Assembly: GCA_963793305.1 (NCBI GenBank)
Contig: CAWBZV010000005.1
Location: 192,001 to 256,000, forward strand
Length of the DNA stretch: 64,000 nucleotides
Source: an uncultured Gemmatimonadales bacterium
GTDB taxonomy: Bacteria > Gemmatimonadota > Gemmatimonadetes > Gemmatimonadales > Gemmatimonadaceae
Direction of reading: 5' to 3'
The notes under the pieces are model-generated. The model worked only from the letters and a program-made list of their open reading frames with translations. It made no database searches and was not told the DNA's origin. Below, one piece after another: positions 30,610 to 40,020 of this stretch. A program made the position numbers and the translations under genes. Every line of letters begins with the position of its first letter. Position 1 is the stretch's first letter.

Positions 30610-31019
30610 TGTCTCACGCGACGGCAGGACGCCAGATGCGTCCCGGTATGACACTGATCGAGGTGATGGTCGCCTTGGTGATTCTGAGCGGCTCCTTGCT
30701 CGCAATGGGCAATTTCATGGGCAAGTTCGCCCACGCCCAGCGCCGCGCCGGGATGCGCGCCGACGCGGTGGACCTCGCGTCGGACGTGATGGATTCGGTG
30801 CAACACGATTCGACGTACGCGGCGATTCCCGGCGATTTCCAGAAGTCGGCCACGATCTCCCGCGACGGCGCGTCGTTCACGCGCTCGACGGTCGTCAAGC
30901 AGATCGGCGGCGCCGTCACGTCGAACGTCAACTATTACGTCATCACGACCACCGTGGTCAACACGCAGCTGACGCCGGCTGACACGGTGAAAAAGTCCAT
31001 CGTCATCCGGTCCTTCTAA
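30609..31019 (+). CDS. PilV-like minor pilin
   Basis: RPG/MTLIEVMVALVIL; TGATG coupling with the upstream gene. Confidence 0.82.
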   Translation: MSHATAGRQMRPGMTLIEVMVALVILSGSLLAMGNFMGKFAHAQRRAGMRADAVDLASDVMDSVQHDSTYAAIPGDFQKSATISRDGASFTRSTVVKQIGGAVTSNVNYYVITTTVVNTQLTPADTVKKSIVIRSF

Positions 31020-31021
31020 CT

Positions 31022-32218
31022 ATGCCACACAACGCCCTTCACTCCGGTGGCCGCGCGCGACGCGGCTTCACTCCGCGTCGCGGGTTCACGCTGACCGAGA
31101 TGATCATCGCGACGACGATGCTCGGGCTGTTTGGTGCCAGCGCGATCACGTTCTACCTGCGCAGCCTGCGGTCGGTCAGCAACACCGCCGGCCGAAACGA
31201 CGCGCAACAGAACGCGTCGTTCGCGCTCGACTTCATGGACCACGACCTCCGCATCGCGGGCACGGGCCTGGCGCAGAGCCAGCCGCTGTTCATCGCGGCG
31301 ACCAACACCTCGCTCGGGTTCAACGCCGACCTGATTACGCACGACACGTCGGCCTCGGCTCCCGGGACCTACTATGATCCGAGCGTGCCGGATTCGGTGG
31401 CGCTCGCGTGGCAGCAGTCCTCGGCGCAGAACATGAAGAATTCCTCCATCGCGTATCCGGAGTCCACGTTCCACCAGTCGGCAGGCGTCATCAGCGCCGC
31501 CGAGACCGTGCAGTTCTGGCTCACCCTGGATCCGACCCCGGGTGCGCCCGCCAATCGCTACTATATGATGCGCCAGGTGAACGGCAATGTGCCGTCGATC
31601 CTCGCGAAGAACATCTATTACAATCCGGCGACCTCAACGCCGCTGTTCCAGTACTACTACGTCGACTCGACGAACGCGCTGCACCAGTTCCCGACCGCGC
31701 GCATCACGGCCGGGTTCTTCCACAACGCGACGAGCCAGGCGACGCTCGATTCGATTCGCGAAGTGCGCGTGACCCTCACGGGTTGGTTCACGGATCCACA
31801 CAACGGCCAGAACGTCTATCGCACGGTGAACGAGCAGATCCGCATGCCGAACACGTACATGTCGCGGATCGCCGAGTGCAACAGCCCCCCGAGTCCCGTG
31901 GTGAGCTTTTCGGCTACCCCGAGCACGGGGGGGCAAGACACCGTGGGTCTGACCTGGGCCCCCTCGCCCGATGACCAGGCGGGGAAGAAGACCGTGCGCA
32001 TGTACCTGATCTACCGCAAGAAGCACACGGACACGACGTACGTGCAATTGAACAGTGTCACCCCGCAGGTCCCACTGCCGGGGACGTACGCGTACGACGA
32101 CACGCAGTCGGGCGGTGGTCTCGTCTTGACCACGCCGTACGACTACGAGGTCGTCGCGCGCGACTGCACGCCGGCGTTGTCGTCGGCGGTAACGCAAACC
32201 AATGTCACACCTCACTAG
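31022..32218 (+). CDS. PilW-like minor pilin with a C-terminal fibronectin-III-like domain
   Basis: RRG/FTLTEMII, AQQNASFALDFMDHDLRIAG; C-terminus LTWAPS...YLIYR...YDYEVVA. Confidence 0.8.
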   Translation: MPHNALHSGGRARRGFTPRRGFTLTEMIIATTMLGLFGASAITFYLRSLRSVSNTAGRNDAQQNASFALDFMDHDLRIAGTGLAQSQPLFIAATNTSLGFNADLITHDTSASAPGTYYDPSVPDSVALAWQQSSAQNMKNSSIAYPESTFHQSAGVISAAETVQFWLTLDPTPGAPANRYYMMRQVNGNVPSILAKNIYYNPATSTPLFQYYYVDSTNALHQFPTARITAGFFHNATSQATLDSIREVRVTLTGWFTDPHNGQNVYRTVNEQIRMPNTYMSRIAECNSPPSPVVSFSATPSTGGQDTVGLTWAPSPDDQAGKKTVRMYLIYRKKHTDTTYVQLNSVTPQVPLPGTYAYDDTQSGGGLVLTTPYDYEVVARDCTPALSSAVTQTNVTPH

Positions 32219-32231
32219 CCCGGAGCCGCTC

Positions 32232-34560
32232 ATGACCCCGTTTCGACTCCACCGCACCGCGGGAGCCAAGGGCCGAGCAGGCTCCGCGATGATCTTGGTG
32301 CTGCTGCTCACCTTCGCGCTGGCGGCTCTCGCCGGCTCGGCGATTCTGCTGTCCTCGACCGCGACGCAGACCGTCAAGTCGCGCGAGAGTGAGAAAGACT
32401 TGCGCTACGCGGCCGACGCCGCGATCGCCATTGGCGAGAGCCAGATCGAGACCGATCCGACGACCGTGCCGTTGTCCGGATATACCCAGATCGCGACGAA
32501 TGCGGCGATGCTCGCCGCGGACTCGACGGTGATCCCCCACCTCACGTACAACCTCTATGTGGGGCCGACCGGTTCGGTCACCCGGCAAAACGGTCGCTTC
32601 GTGACGCTGATCGCGCAGTCGATGGACACCGCGCACCACCGGTCGTTCATCCGCCGCGTGGAGCTCATGCAGGAGACGTTCGCGAAGTTCGCCTACTTCT
32701 CGAACAGCGAGAACGGCATCTGCTTCGGGTCCGGCGACATTCTGTACGGGCCGATCTTCTCGAACAGCTTGATCTCGACCTGCGGTCCGCCGCAGGTGGC
32801 CACGTTCGAGGACTCGGTTGAGATCAGCTCACAGGCGGCGAGCCCCGGATTCTCGAACGGGAATCCGACGCAGGACTCGCTCAAGTACGGCTTCCGATAC
32901 CCGGTCGCCCCGATTCCGCTGCCGTCGACCGCGCACCTGGCGAGCCTGTTCACGTTGGCGTCGAATGGGAGTACCCTGTTCACATTGCCGAACACGAACA
33001 CGGATTCGACCGGGGATCTGCACTCGCGGCTCGAGTTCGATGCGTACAACGACTCCAACCCGACGCTCGGCGCCGATTCGATCGCGACCGGCCAGGGATT
33101 CGTGAAGTTCTATCAAATCGACGAGACGAATACCTACTGGACAACGAACTTCGCGTCCGGCACGAAGCGTGACTCGGCGGCCGCGGCGTATCTCCGCGCG
33201 GGGCTCAACAAGCGCGGCGACTGGCACAACTGCGGTGACTGGCACTACGTGCTCGACTCGTCCGCGAAGCTCGCCGGCGCCACGAGTCCCTACCACTGGG
33301 AGTTCTTCCCGGAAGCGGTGCATGACTCGGCCTGGTTCAAGACCGCGGTCACCACGTCGCCATATTCATGGACGGACGGGAACGGCAACATTTATCGGTT
33401 CGCGAGCCCGTACGCTCCGACGGTGGCCGGCCTCGACTCGAATTTCATGATCCTCGAGAACGCGGCGCACAATTGGTTGCACAACTATCCGACGGTCGCC
33501 AGCACGAACACCGAGTGGAAATACGTCAAAGCCGGTACGCTGGGCTCATTGGGCAACCGAGTGCTGACGATCACGCCGAGGCGTGACGCCCAGTCGCCGA
33601 ACCCGGTGTGCTACCCGGGCGGCGATCCGCACCTGGTCTCGATGGAGCGTACGGGCTGGAAGAACACAGCTATCCTGGGAACTCCGGGTTACGGCTGGCG
33701 CGGCGGCGTGGACAGCACGTTCACGTACGCGAGCGGTGGCCCGGCCCCGACGATCCCGGCCCTCGCCGGCCTCGGCCACTGGGTGGTCTGGCCCGGAACC
33801 GCGATCTCGTGGGCGAACACCAACTTCAAGGGCAACCACGCGGACTGGGCCGCGCTGTTCCCGGTCGACACGACGCTCAACCCGGGGTTCAAGGGCGTGA
33901 TCGGCGTGCATGGCTCGACCGGCGTCAGCGGGAACGTCGACGGGCACGTCACCCTCTACATCGATGGCCAGGTCGGGATGATCGACAACCTGCGCCTGAC
34001 GACGGACCAAGGGGACTCGACGTGTGAGCACGGGATTGGAATTGTCTCGAGTCAGAGCGTTCTGGCGACCGATAACGCCCTCAACGTGCCGCAGCACTGG
34101 AACCTGAACGACTTGAACGGGACACTCGACTCGAACTGGGTCACGCTCCGTGACAACAACTCGGGCGGCAACGGCACCAGCACGTTCGGCGGCTCGCTGT
34201 ACGTCGAGTCCACTGTCATGGCGCTGAACTCATGGGGCGCCGAGGGACTGACCGCGGACAGCTCGTACACGTCCAGCGTGCTCTGCGCGACGACGGCTCC
34301 GCCGGACAACATCTGACAAGCGCGGCTGCCTGTACGTCTTCGGCAGCATCATCCAGAACTCGCGCGTCACGGTGAACTCGGGCTCGGGCGGCGCGGGCGG
34401 GTACGGGTACGCGAAGCGCTACCAGTATGACATCTGCGCGGTCACCAACCCGCTACCGTACTTCCCGACGACCGGGCGATTGATCGAGAATAAGTACTAC
34501 GAGCACGACCCGAACCGCTTCAACGTCGCGGCGCTGTACCAATCGTTGCAGGGTCCGTGA
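32232..34560 (+). CDS. Large PilX-like minor pilin/adhesin; one-base insertion near 34315 gives a premature TGA
   Basis: RAG/SAMILVLL (no Glu5), ETFAKFAYF, GPIFSN; the shifted frame continues KRGCLYVFGSIIQ...GYAKRYQYD...PLPYFPTTGR to the stop at 34560. Confidence 0.78.
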
Positions 34561-34678
34561 TCCTCACGCTGTGGCGCCGCCACCAATGGTTCTGACACAC
34601 AGCCCGGGCATTGCGTCCCGGGCTGTGTGTCTTCACGTACGACAACGGCGAGCGTTGCCGAGCGACGGTCGTACAGTT

Positions 34679-34771
34679 ATGCTCGACGCTATCACGTTCC
34701 GGGAGGAAGTCCTGCGCGGCGTCGATCGATTGGTCGCCGCCGGCGGGTTGATGCGAGAGCCGGGCGAGTAG
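34679..34771 (+). pseudogene. Probable truncated antitoxin remnant
   Basis: 30-codon ORF MLDAITFREEVLRGVDRLVAAGGLMREPGE directly before a PIN gene and after a GTACGAC...GTCGTAC inverted repeat (34637-34674). Confidence 0.45.
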
Positions 34772-34795
34772 CTCGACAAGCCGTGACCAGCCACG

Positions 34796-35223
34796 ATGCC
34801 GAAGTACGTACTGGACACGAACGTCTACGTCGATAGCGTCGCCACCGAGTCTGCGGCCGCGGGTCTCAAGCGATTCCTGCGCGCGCACCTGGGGCGCACG
34901 TTCTACAGGAGCTCCGGGTCGGCGCGCGCACACCGGAACAGGTAGAAGCACTGGTCGAGGGGGTTATCGCCCCGTTCGAACGTCGGCGAAGGCTCTTCGC
35001 GCCATCGCCACACGCGTTCGCCGAATGCGGGCGTGTGCTCGTCGACCTCACCGTGCGCGAGGGCATCGCGTACGCCGATACGAGTCGGTCGCTGGTCAGC
35101 GATGTGCTGCTCGCGACCTCGTGCCACGAGCAGGGCATCACGTTGGTCACCAGCGACGGCGACTTCAAGGTCATCGCCCGGCACCTGAAAGGGTTTCGGC
35201 ACGTCTCGCCGTTTCCGCGCTGA
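34796..35223 (+). pseudogene. PIN-domain (VapC-like) toxin, disrupted
   Basis: MPKYVLDTNVYV, frameshift near 34903, then LQELRVG...DVLLATSC..GITLVTSDGDF. Confidence 0.8.
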
Positions 35224-35288
35224 CCCCCTGAAAAGCTCACGCCCGCTGGACCCGTGCGGGCGCGCCCCGTCATATTGCCTTTGCGCGC

Positions 35289-35774
35289 ATGTTGCGGATC
35301 GCTGTGCTGACGATCTCGGACGCCGGATCACGCGGCGAGCGCGAGGATACCTCGGGTAACGCAATCGCGGCCTGGGCCGCCTCGCGTGGCGCCGTCGTGG
35401 CCGCGCGGGCCATTGTGCCGGATGCGTCGGCCGCGATCGCGGCGCAACTCGTCGCCTGGTGTGACGCGGACACGTCTGACGTGGTGTTGACCACGGGGGG
35501 CACGGGATTGAGCCACACGGACGTGACGCCGGAAGCGACGCGCGCGGTCCTCGATCGCGAGGCGCCGGGGATCGCCGAGCGCATACGGGGATTGAGCCTC
35601 GAGCGATTCCCGCGCGCGGCGCTGTCTCGTGGCTTGGCCGGGCTCAGGCGGCGAACGCTGATCGTGAACTTGCCCGGGTCGCCGGGTGGAGTACGCGATG
35701 GTCTCGCGGCCCTGGACCCGATACTCGATCATGCCGTGGACATCATCCGCGGCCGGGCCACGGATCATTCATGA
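35289..35774 (+). CDS. Molybdopterin adenylyltransferase MogA/MoaB family
   Basis: [38 protein letters not shown]. Confidence 0.92.
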   Translation: MLRIAVLTISDAGSRGEREDTSGNAIAAWAASRGAVVAARAIVPDASAAIAAQLVAWCDADTSDVVLTTGGTGLSHTDVTPEATRAVLDREAPGIAERIRGLSLERFPRAALSRGLAGLRRRTLIVNLPGSPGGVRDGLAALDPILDHAVDIIRGRATDHS

Positions 35775-37330
35775 AGATCCTGCTGACGCTGACGGATGTC
35801 GAACCCGCGGTGCGCTTGAACGCGCAGCTCGAGCAGTCGGGCGTCGAGACAGAGGTCGTCTCGCCGCTCGACGACATTCGCTCGAGCATTCGCCGCTTCA
35901 AGCCGGACATCTTGGTCTTATCCGGCGCCTTGCTGGATCCGCAGAGCGTGTCGCTCGTCCGGGAAGAGCTGTGGGATGGGACGCCGGTCGTGGGCCTCTC
36001 CGATGTGGGCGACCCCGAGATGGCCGAGCGGCTCCGGACTTTGGGCTACACTGAGATCTACGTCAAGCCGATCGTGTTCTCGGACGTTGTTGCCGGTCTG
36101 CGGCGCCTGGCCGACCGGCGTGCGCTGGCCGTCGCGACTGGCCTGTATGGCGACTCGCCGGGCATCCGCGAGGTGCTGGTCAAGGTCGAGCAGATGGCGC
36201 CGGTGTCGAGCACCGTCTTAATAGAAGGGGAGAGCGGCACCGGGAAGGAGCTGGTCGCCCGCGCGATGCATCAATTGAGCCCGCGCCGCGGGAAGCATTT
36301 CATCGCGGTGAATGTCGGCGCCTTGCCCGAGACGCTGGTCGAAAGTGAGCTCTTCGGACATGAGAAGGGCTCGTTCACCGGAGCGGCGGAGCGTCGCATC
36401 GGCCGGTTCGAGCTTGCCGACACTGGCACGCTTTTTCTGGACGAGGTGGGAGAGATCCCGCCCAGTACGCAGGTCAAGCTGCTCCGCGTGCTCGAGGAGC
36501 GTGAGCTGACGAGGGTCGGGGGGACGCAGCCGATCAAGGTCGACGTGCGGGTGATCGCGGCCACGAATCGGCCGCTGCGCGATGCGGTGGAGCAGGGGTC
36601 GTTTCGCTCCGATCTCTATTATCGGCTCAACGTGCTCGAGATCTACTTGCCGCCGCTGCGCGAGCGGAAGGAAGACATCCCCATCCTGGTTCGGCGGTTC
36701 ATCCAGGAGTTCTCGGCGCAACACGACCGGCCATTCCACGGGATCTCATCGGACGCGATGCAGGTGTTGGTCGACTATCCGTGGCCGGGCAACGTGCGCG
36801 AGTTGCGCAATCTCGTCGAGAGCATGGTGGTGCTCTCCCCGGGACACGAGATCGGGCCGACCGATATTCCGAGACAATTTCGCGACGCGAGCGCGCGCTT
36901 TCTTCCGGTGCCCGTGGGGCCGCTCCTGCGGGGGCGTGACGGCGTCGACGGGCGCGAGATGGAGTTCATCGTGCGGAGCCTCGTGGAGCTCAAGCTCCAG
37001 GTCGAGGAGTTGCGCCGTCGGATTGACGCTGAGCGTGCGTCGCCGGGGTGGGTGGGCGAGCTGCAGCCGGTGGGCGGGGCGGGCGGACTGCCGCCGGTGG
37101 GGCTGCCGGCAGGGATCGAGCCGCGCGATTCTGCGCCAGTGCCTAATATCGTGACAATCAGCCCTGGGATGACGATGGCGCAAATTGAGCGTGCGGCCAT
37201 CGAGGCGGCTTTGAAAGAAACACGTGGAAACCGAAGAAAGGCCGCCGAGATGTTGGGGATCGGTGAGCGTACGTTGTATCGCAAATTGCGAGAGTACCAG
37301 ATTCCCGATGCAGCGATGGTGCTTGATTAA
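35771..37330 (+). CDS. Sigma54-dependent transcriptional activator with an atypical receiver-like N-terminus
   Basis: [32 protein letters not shown]-terminal HTH ([21 protein letters not shown]). Confidence 0.9.
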   Translation: MKILLTLTDVEPAVRLNAQLEQSGVETEVVSPLDDIRSSIRRFKPDILVLSGALLDPQSVSLVREELWDGTPVVGLSDVGDPEMAERLRTLGYTEIYVKPIVFSDVVAGLRRLADRRALAVATGLYGDSPGIREVLVKVEQMAPVSSTVLIEGESGTGKELVARAMHQLSPRRGKHFIAVNVGALPETLVESELFGHEKGSFTGAAERRIGRFELADTGTLFLDEVGEIPPSTQVKLLRVLEERELTRVGGTQPIKVDVRVIAATNRPLRDAVEQGSFRSDLYYRLNVLEIYLPPLRERKEDIPILVRRFIQEFSAQHDRPFHGISSDAMQVLVDYPWPGNVRELRNLVESMVVLSPGHEIGPTDIPRQFRDASARFLPVPVGPLLRGRDGVDGREMEFIVRSLVELKLQVEELRRRIDAERASPGWVGELQPVGGAGGLPPVGLPAGIEPRDSAPVPNIVTISPGMTMAQIERAAIEAALKETRGNRRKAAEMLGIGERTLYRKLREYQIPDAAMVLD

Positions 37331-37463
37331 AACGACTTACGTTCGCATATTCGATCGCGCTCTGAAGTAAGTACATCCGTTGGTTGTGGGACACTTCGAC
37401 CTGCGGGGACGGCGATGTCGTTAGTCGTCCGCGTCACTTTCTCACCGGACACTCGGAACGCCG

Positions 37464-38201
37464 TTGCCAGGTCCAGCCAACTTGTCCTCTCAACTGTCGA
37501 GTTCGCCACTGTCGATTGCAGGCAGCGTGTTGCCGATTCGGCGTGCGGAAGAGTTGTTGGCGACGTTGCCCGGCATCGTCTCGGCGAAGATCGTGGTATC
37601 GGACGCGGGCACGGTCGACGAGATTCACGTGCTCACGACGTCGGAGTACACACCAAAGCAGACGGTGCGCAACATCGAGAGCGCGTTGATCGCGCATCTC
37701 GGGATGCGCGTCGATCATCGCAAAATTTCGGTCGCCTCTTCGAGCGAGCCGCCCAAGCCGCGCGAGACGGCGATCGATCCGGCATTAGTTCAAGCCGTCG
37801 CCGAGGATCTAACTCGGCGACGTTTGTATTTCGAGGACGTCGAGGTGCGCCGGTCGCGCTCGCGCGGGGTCACGTGCCGCGTAACGCTGCGGAAGGGCGA
37901 CTCGTCTTTTGTAGGAGAGGCCGAGGGCGCGGAATCGGAGCGTGCCCGTGTCGACCTCGCTGCGCGCGCGGCCATCAAGGCGATCAGCCAGGCCGAGCGC
38001 GGCGAGCGCACGCTCGCATTGGATGGCGCCAAAGTGATTGACGCCTTCGACCGCGCGTTTGTCTTCGTCGGCGTGTCCGCTCGCGTGGGGCGCGAGAGTG
38101 CGCTCCTCACGGGCAGCTGTGAAATCAAGGAGAGCGCCGAGACGGCGAGTGTGCTCGCCGCGCTTGACGCCACGAATCGATGGATCGCGTACGGGCGGTA
38201 G
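37464..38201 (+). CDS. Conserved-looking hypothetical protein (two domains); start uncertain
   Basis: DEIHVL...PKQTVRNIESAL...VDHRKISVA N-domain and an alpha/beta C-domain ending AALDATNR; host-like codon usage. Confidence 0.75.
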   Translation: MPGPANLSSQLSSSPLSIAGSVLPIRRAEELLATLPGIVSAKIVVSDAGTVDEIHVLTTSEYTPKQTVRNIESALIAHLGMRVDHRKISVASSSEPPKPRETAIDPALVQAVAEDLTRRRLYFEDVEVRRSRSRGVTCRVTLRKGDSSFVGEAEGAESERARVDLAARAAIKAISQAERGERTLALDGAKVIDAFDRAFVFVGVSARVGRESALLTGSCEIKESAETASVLAALDATNRWIAYGR

Positions 38202-38222
38202 CAATCGCACGGCGTGCGATTG
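38202..38222 (+). terminator. 9-bp hairpin immediately after the stop codon
   Basis: CAATCGCAC-GGC-GTGCGATTG; no U-tract. Confidence 0.4.
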
Positions 38223-38345
38223 AGAACGGGCGCGGTCTGTGATGGGTGAGTGAGAGGTCAGTGGCACTGCTCGTTGTGGGAGCGATGACATTCGAGCATC
38301 AGACCCTTTTCCCTCTGCCAACCAGTCACGAAAGTAGATCAAAAC

Positions 38346-38546
38346 TGAATCCCCCGTTCGCGGACGAGCGGAGCTGAGCGGGCTTACACCCGAAATCCGA
38401 GCGGAGCCTACCACGAAGCGCATGAGGCGCAAGCCTGCATGCGACTACGACAGGGAGGTGACGCCGAGTGTTGAGTCTCCTGCTCAAGCTATTCGGAATG
38501 TGCGCTGTAACCATGGGTTGGGAGTAGTTCCGCGAACGGGGGTTCA
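38346..38546 (+). other. Structured RNA element closed by a long-range inverted repeat and containing the small ORF
   Basis: CCCCCGTTCGCGGA (38351-38364) is the exact reverse complement of TCCGCGAACGGGGG (38529-38542), extendable by TGAA/TTCA; internal hairpin CGCATG-AGGC-GCAA-GCCT-G-CATGCG. Confidence 0.65.
38468..38527 (+). CDS. Unannotated 19-aa hydrophobic peptide MLSLLLKLFGMCAVTMGWE
   Basis: Near-ideal SD AGGGAGGTG (38452-38460) 7 nt before GTG; TAG at 38525-38527; 29 nt upstream of the HD-GYP gene. Confidence 0.65.
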   Translation: MLSLLLKLFGMCAVTMGWE

Positions 38547-38556
38547 ACACCGCACA

Positions 38557-39972
38557 ATGAAACGAACTCCGATCGTAATCTTCGCAGCGGCCAGCACTAT
38601 TGTCACCTGTGCCGTAATCTGGCTGCTGTATGAGCTGGCGCCCATTTCGCTGGCCGCTAATCCCGTGGTGCTCGGCGAAATCATGGTACTCGCCGCTATC
38701 GCTGTGATCATCGATCACACGCGTGTCAAGCTGCAGGGCGGAGCGAACATTACGATCTCCTCGATGGCGCTAGCTACTGCGGCGCTGTTGGTGCCGGATT
38801 GGGCGACCGCATTGGCAGTTGCTGCATCCAGTACGGCAACTCAAGTCTTGGCGCGCAGACCAGCAGTTAAGGCTATCGTCAACGTAAATGCCACAACACT
38901 CGCCCTGGCGGTTGCTATAGCCGTTCATCGGCTTACTGGTGGCAGCTCATTGCTCCTATTCGCCAACAAGTCGCCGGTCACCGCACTCTACGCATTTTGG
39001 TGGAGGGTGCCGCTCTTCGTCGTGCTCAGCTTTTTGATTTCGGCATTTGTCGTGGGGATTGCGATTGCTTTGTCTACGAAGAGCAGTGTAGTTGATGTTT
39101 GGAAAGCGAACCTTCGCGAATCGCCCTCGGTAATGTTGATAACCACTCCGGTACTCGCCTTGTGTGCCGGTTGCGCTGTTTATCTCGGTTTGCCGGGGGC
39201 TATTCTAGTTGCGTTAATACCGATGGCTTCGATTCGACGGCTTGTCGATCAGAATAAGCAGCTAGGTGTGCGCCAGGCAGAACTTGAGCAACAAAAGGCC
39301 GCACTTGAACGGACGCACAAAGAAGTACTGCAGCTCATTGTGCTGTCGATCGAAGCTCGCGACCCTTACACGTCCGGCCATTCGCAGCGCGTACAGCACA
39401 ATGCAATGATCTTTGCGCGTGGCTTAGGCTTCGATGACATTCAGGTCCACAAGATTGGCGTAGCGGGTGTGCTCCATGACGTTGGCAAGATGGGCGCGCA
39501 GTATGCACCTATTCTTGCAAAACCCTCCAAGTTGACCGCAGAAGAGCGCGCAATCCTTGAGCGCCATCCGGTAGATGGCGCGAATTTGGTGGGAACAATC
39601 ACTGAGCTCAGCGACATAGTTGATGTCGTGCGCCACCACCACGAGAATTGGGATGGAACTGGCTACCCTGACCGACTTCAGGGTGAGAGTATCCCCCTTC
39701 ATGCGCGGATTATCCGAGTTATAGACACGATAGATGCGATGACGACCGTGCGTCCTTACCGAGCTGCACTCGGGGAGGCGGATGTGCGCTCAGAGCTAAT
39801 CAAGTACAGAGGAACGCAATTCGACCCCGCGCTTGTTGATGCTTTGTTGCAGCCGCACGTCTGGGCCACGATCTTTCCGCCTGTCGCGCCGAGTATACTC
39901 GCGCGTGAATTCACTCCACGATTTGGGGTACGGCGAGTAACCGCCGAGGGGCTCAAGATTAGCCGAGGTTAG
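38557..39972 (+). CDS. Membrane-bound HD-GYP cyclic-dinucleotide phosphodiesterase
   Basis: Multi-TM N-terminus, coiled coil, EARDPYTSGHSQRV, LHDVGK, HHENWDGTGYP, DAMTTVRPYR. Confidence 0.9.
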   Translation: MKRTPIVIFAAASTIVTCAVIWLLYELAPISLAANPVVLGEIMVLAAIAVIIDHTRVKLQGGANITISSMALATAALLVPDWATALAVAASSTATQVLARRPAVKAIVNVNATTLALAVAIAVHRLTGGSSLLLFANKSPVTALYAFWWRVPLFVVLSFLISAFVVGIAIALSTKSSVVDVWKANLRESPSVMLITTPVLALCAGCAVYLGLPGAILVALIPMASIRRLVDQNKQLGVRQAELEQQKAALERTHKEVLQLIVLSIEARDPYTSGHSQRVQHNAMIFARGLGFDDIQVHKIGVAGVLHDVGKMGAQYAPILAKPSKLTAEERAILERHPVDGANLVGTITELSDIVDVVRHHHENWDGTGYPDRLQGESIPLHARIIRVIDTIDAMTTVRPYRAALGEADVRSELIKYRGTQFDPALVDALLQPHVWATIFPPVAPSILAREFTPRFGVRRVTAEGLKISRG

Positions 39973-40020
39973 CTCGGCTGCCTCGCTGTCATGCGCCGGT
40001 TGAGCGAGTGGTCAGACCCT

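Noticed and set aside
38346..38546. Retron msr-msd or group II intron interpretation of the end-paired RNA
   Set aside because: No reverse transcriptase is encoded anywhere in the window
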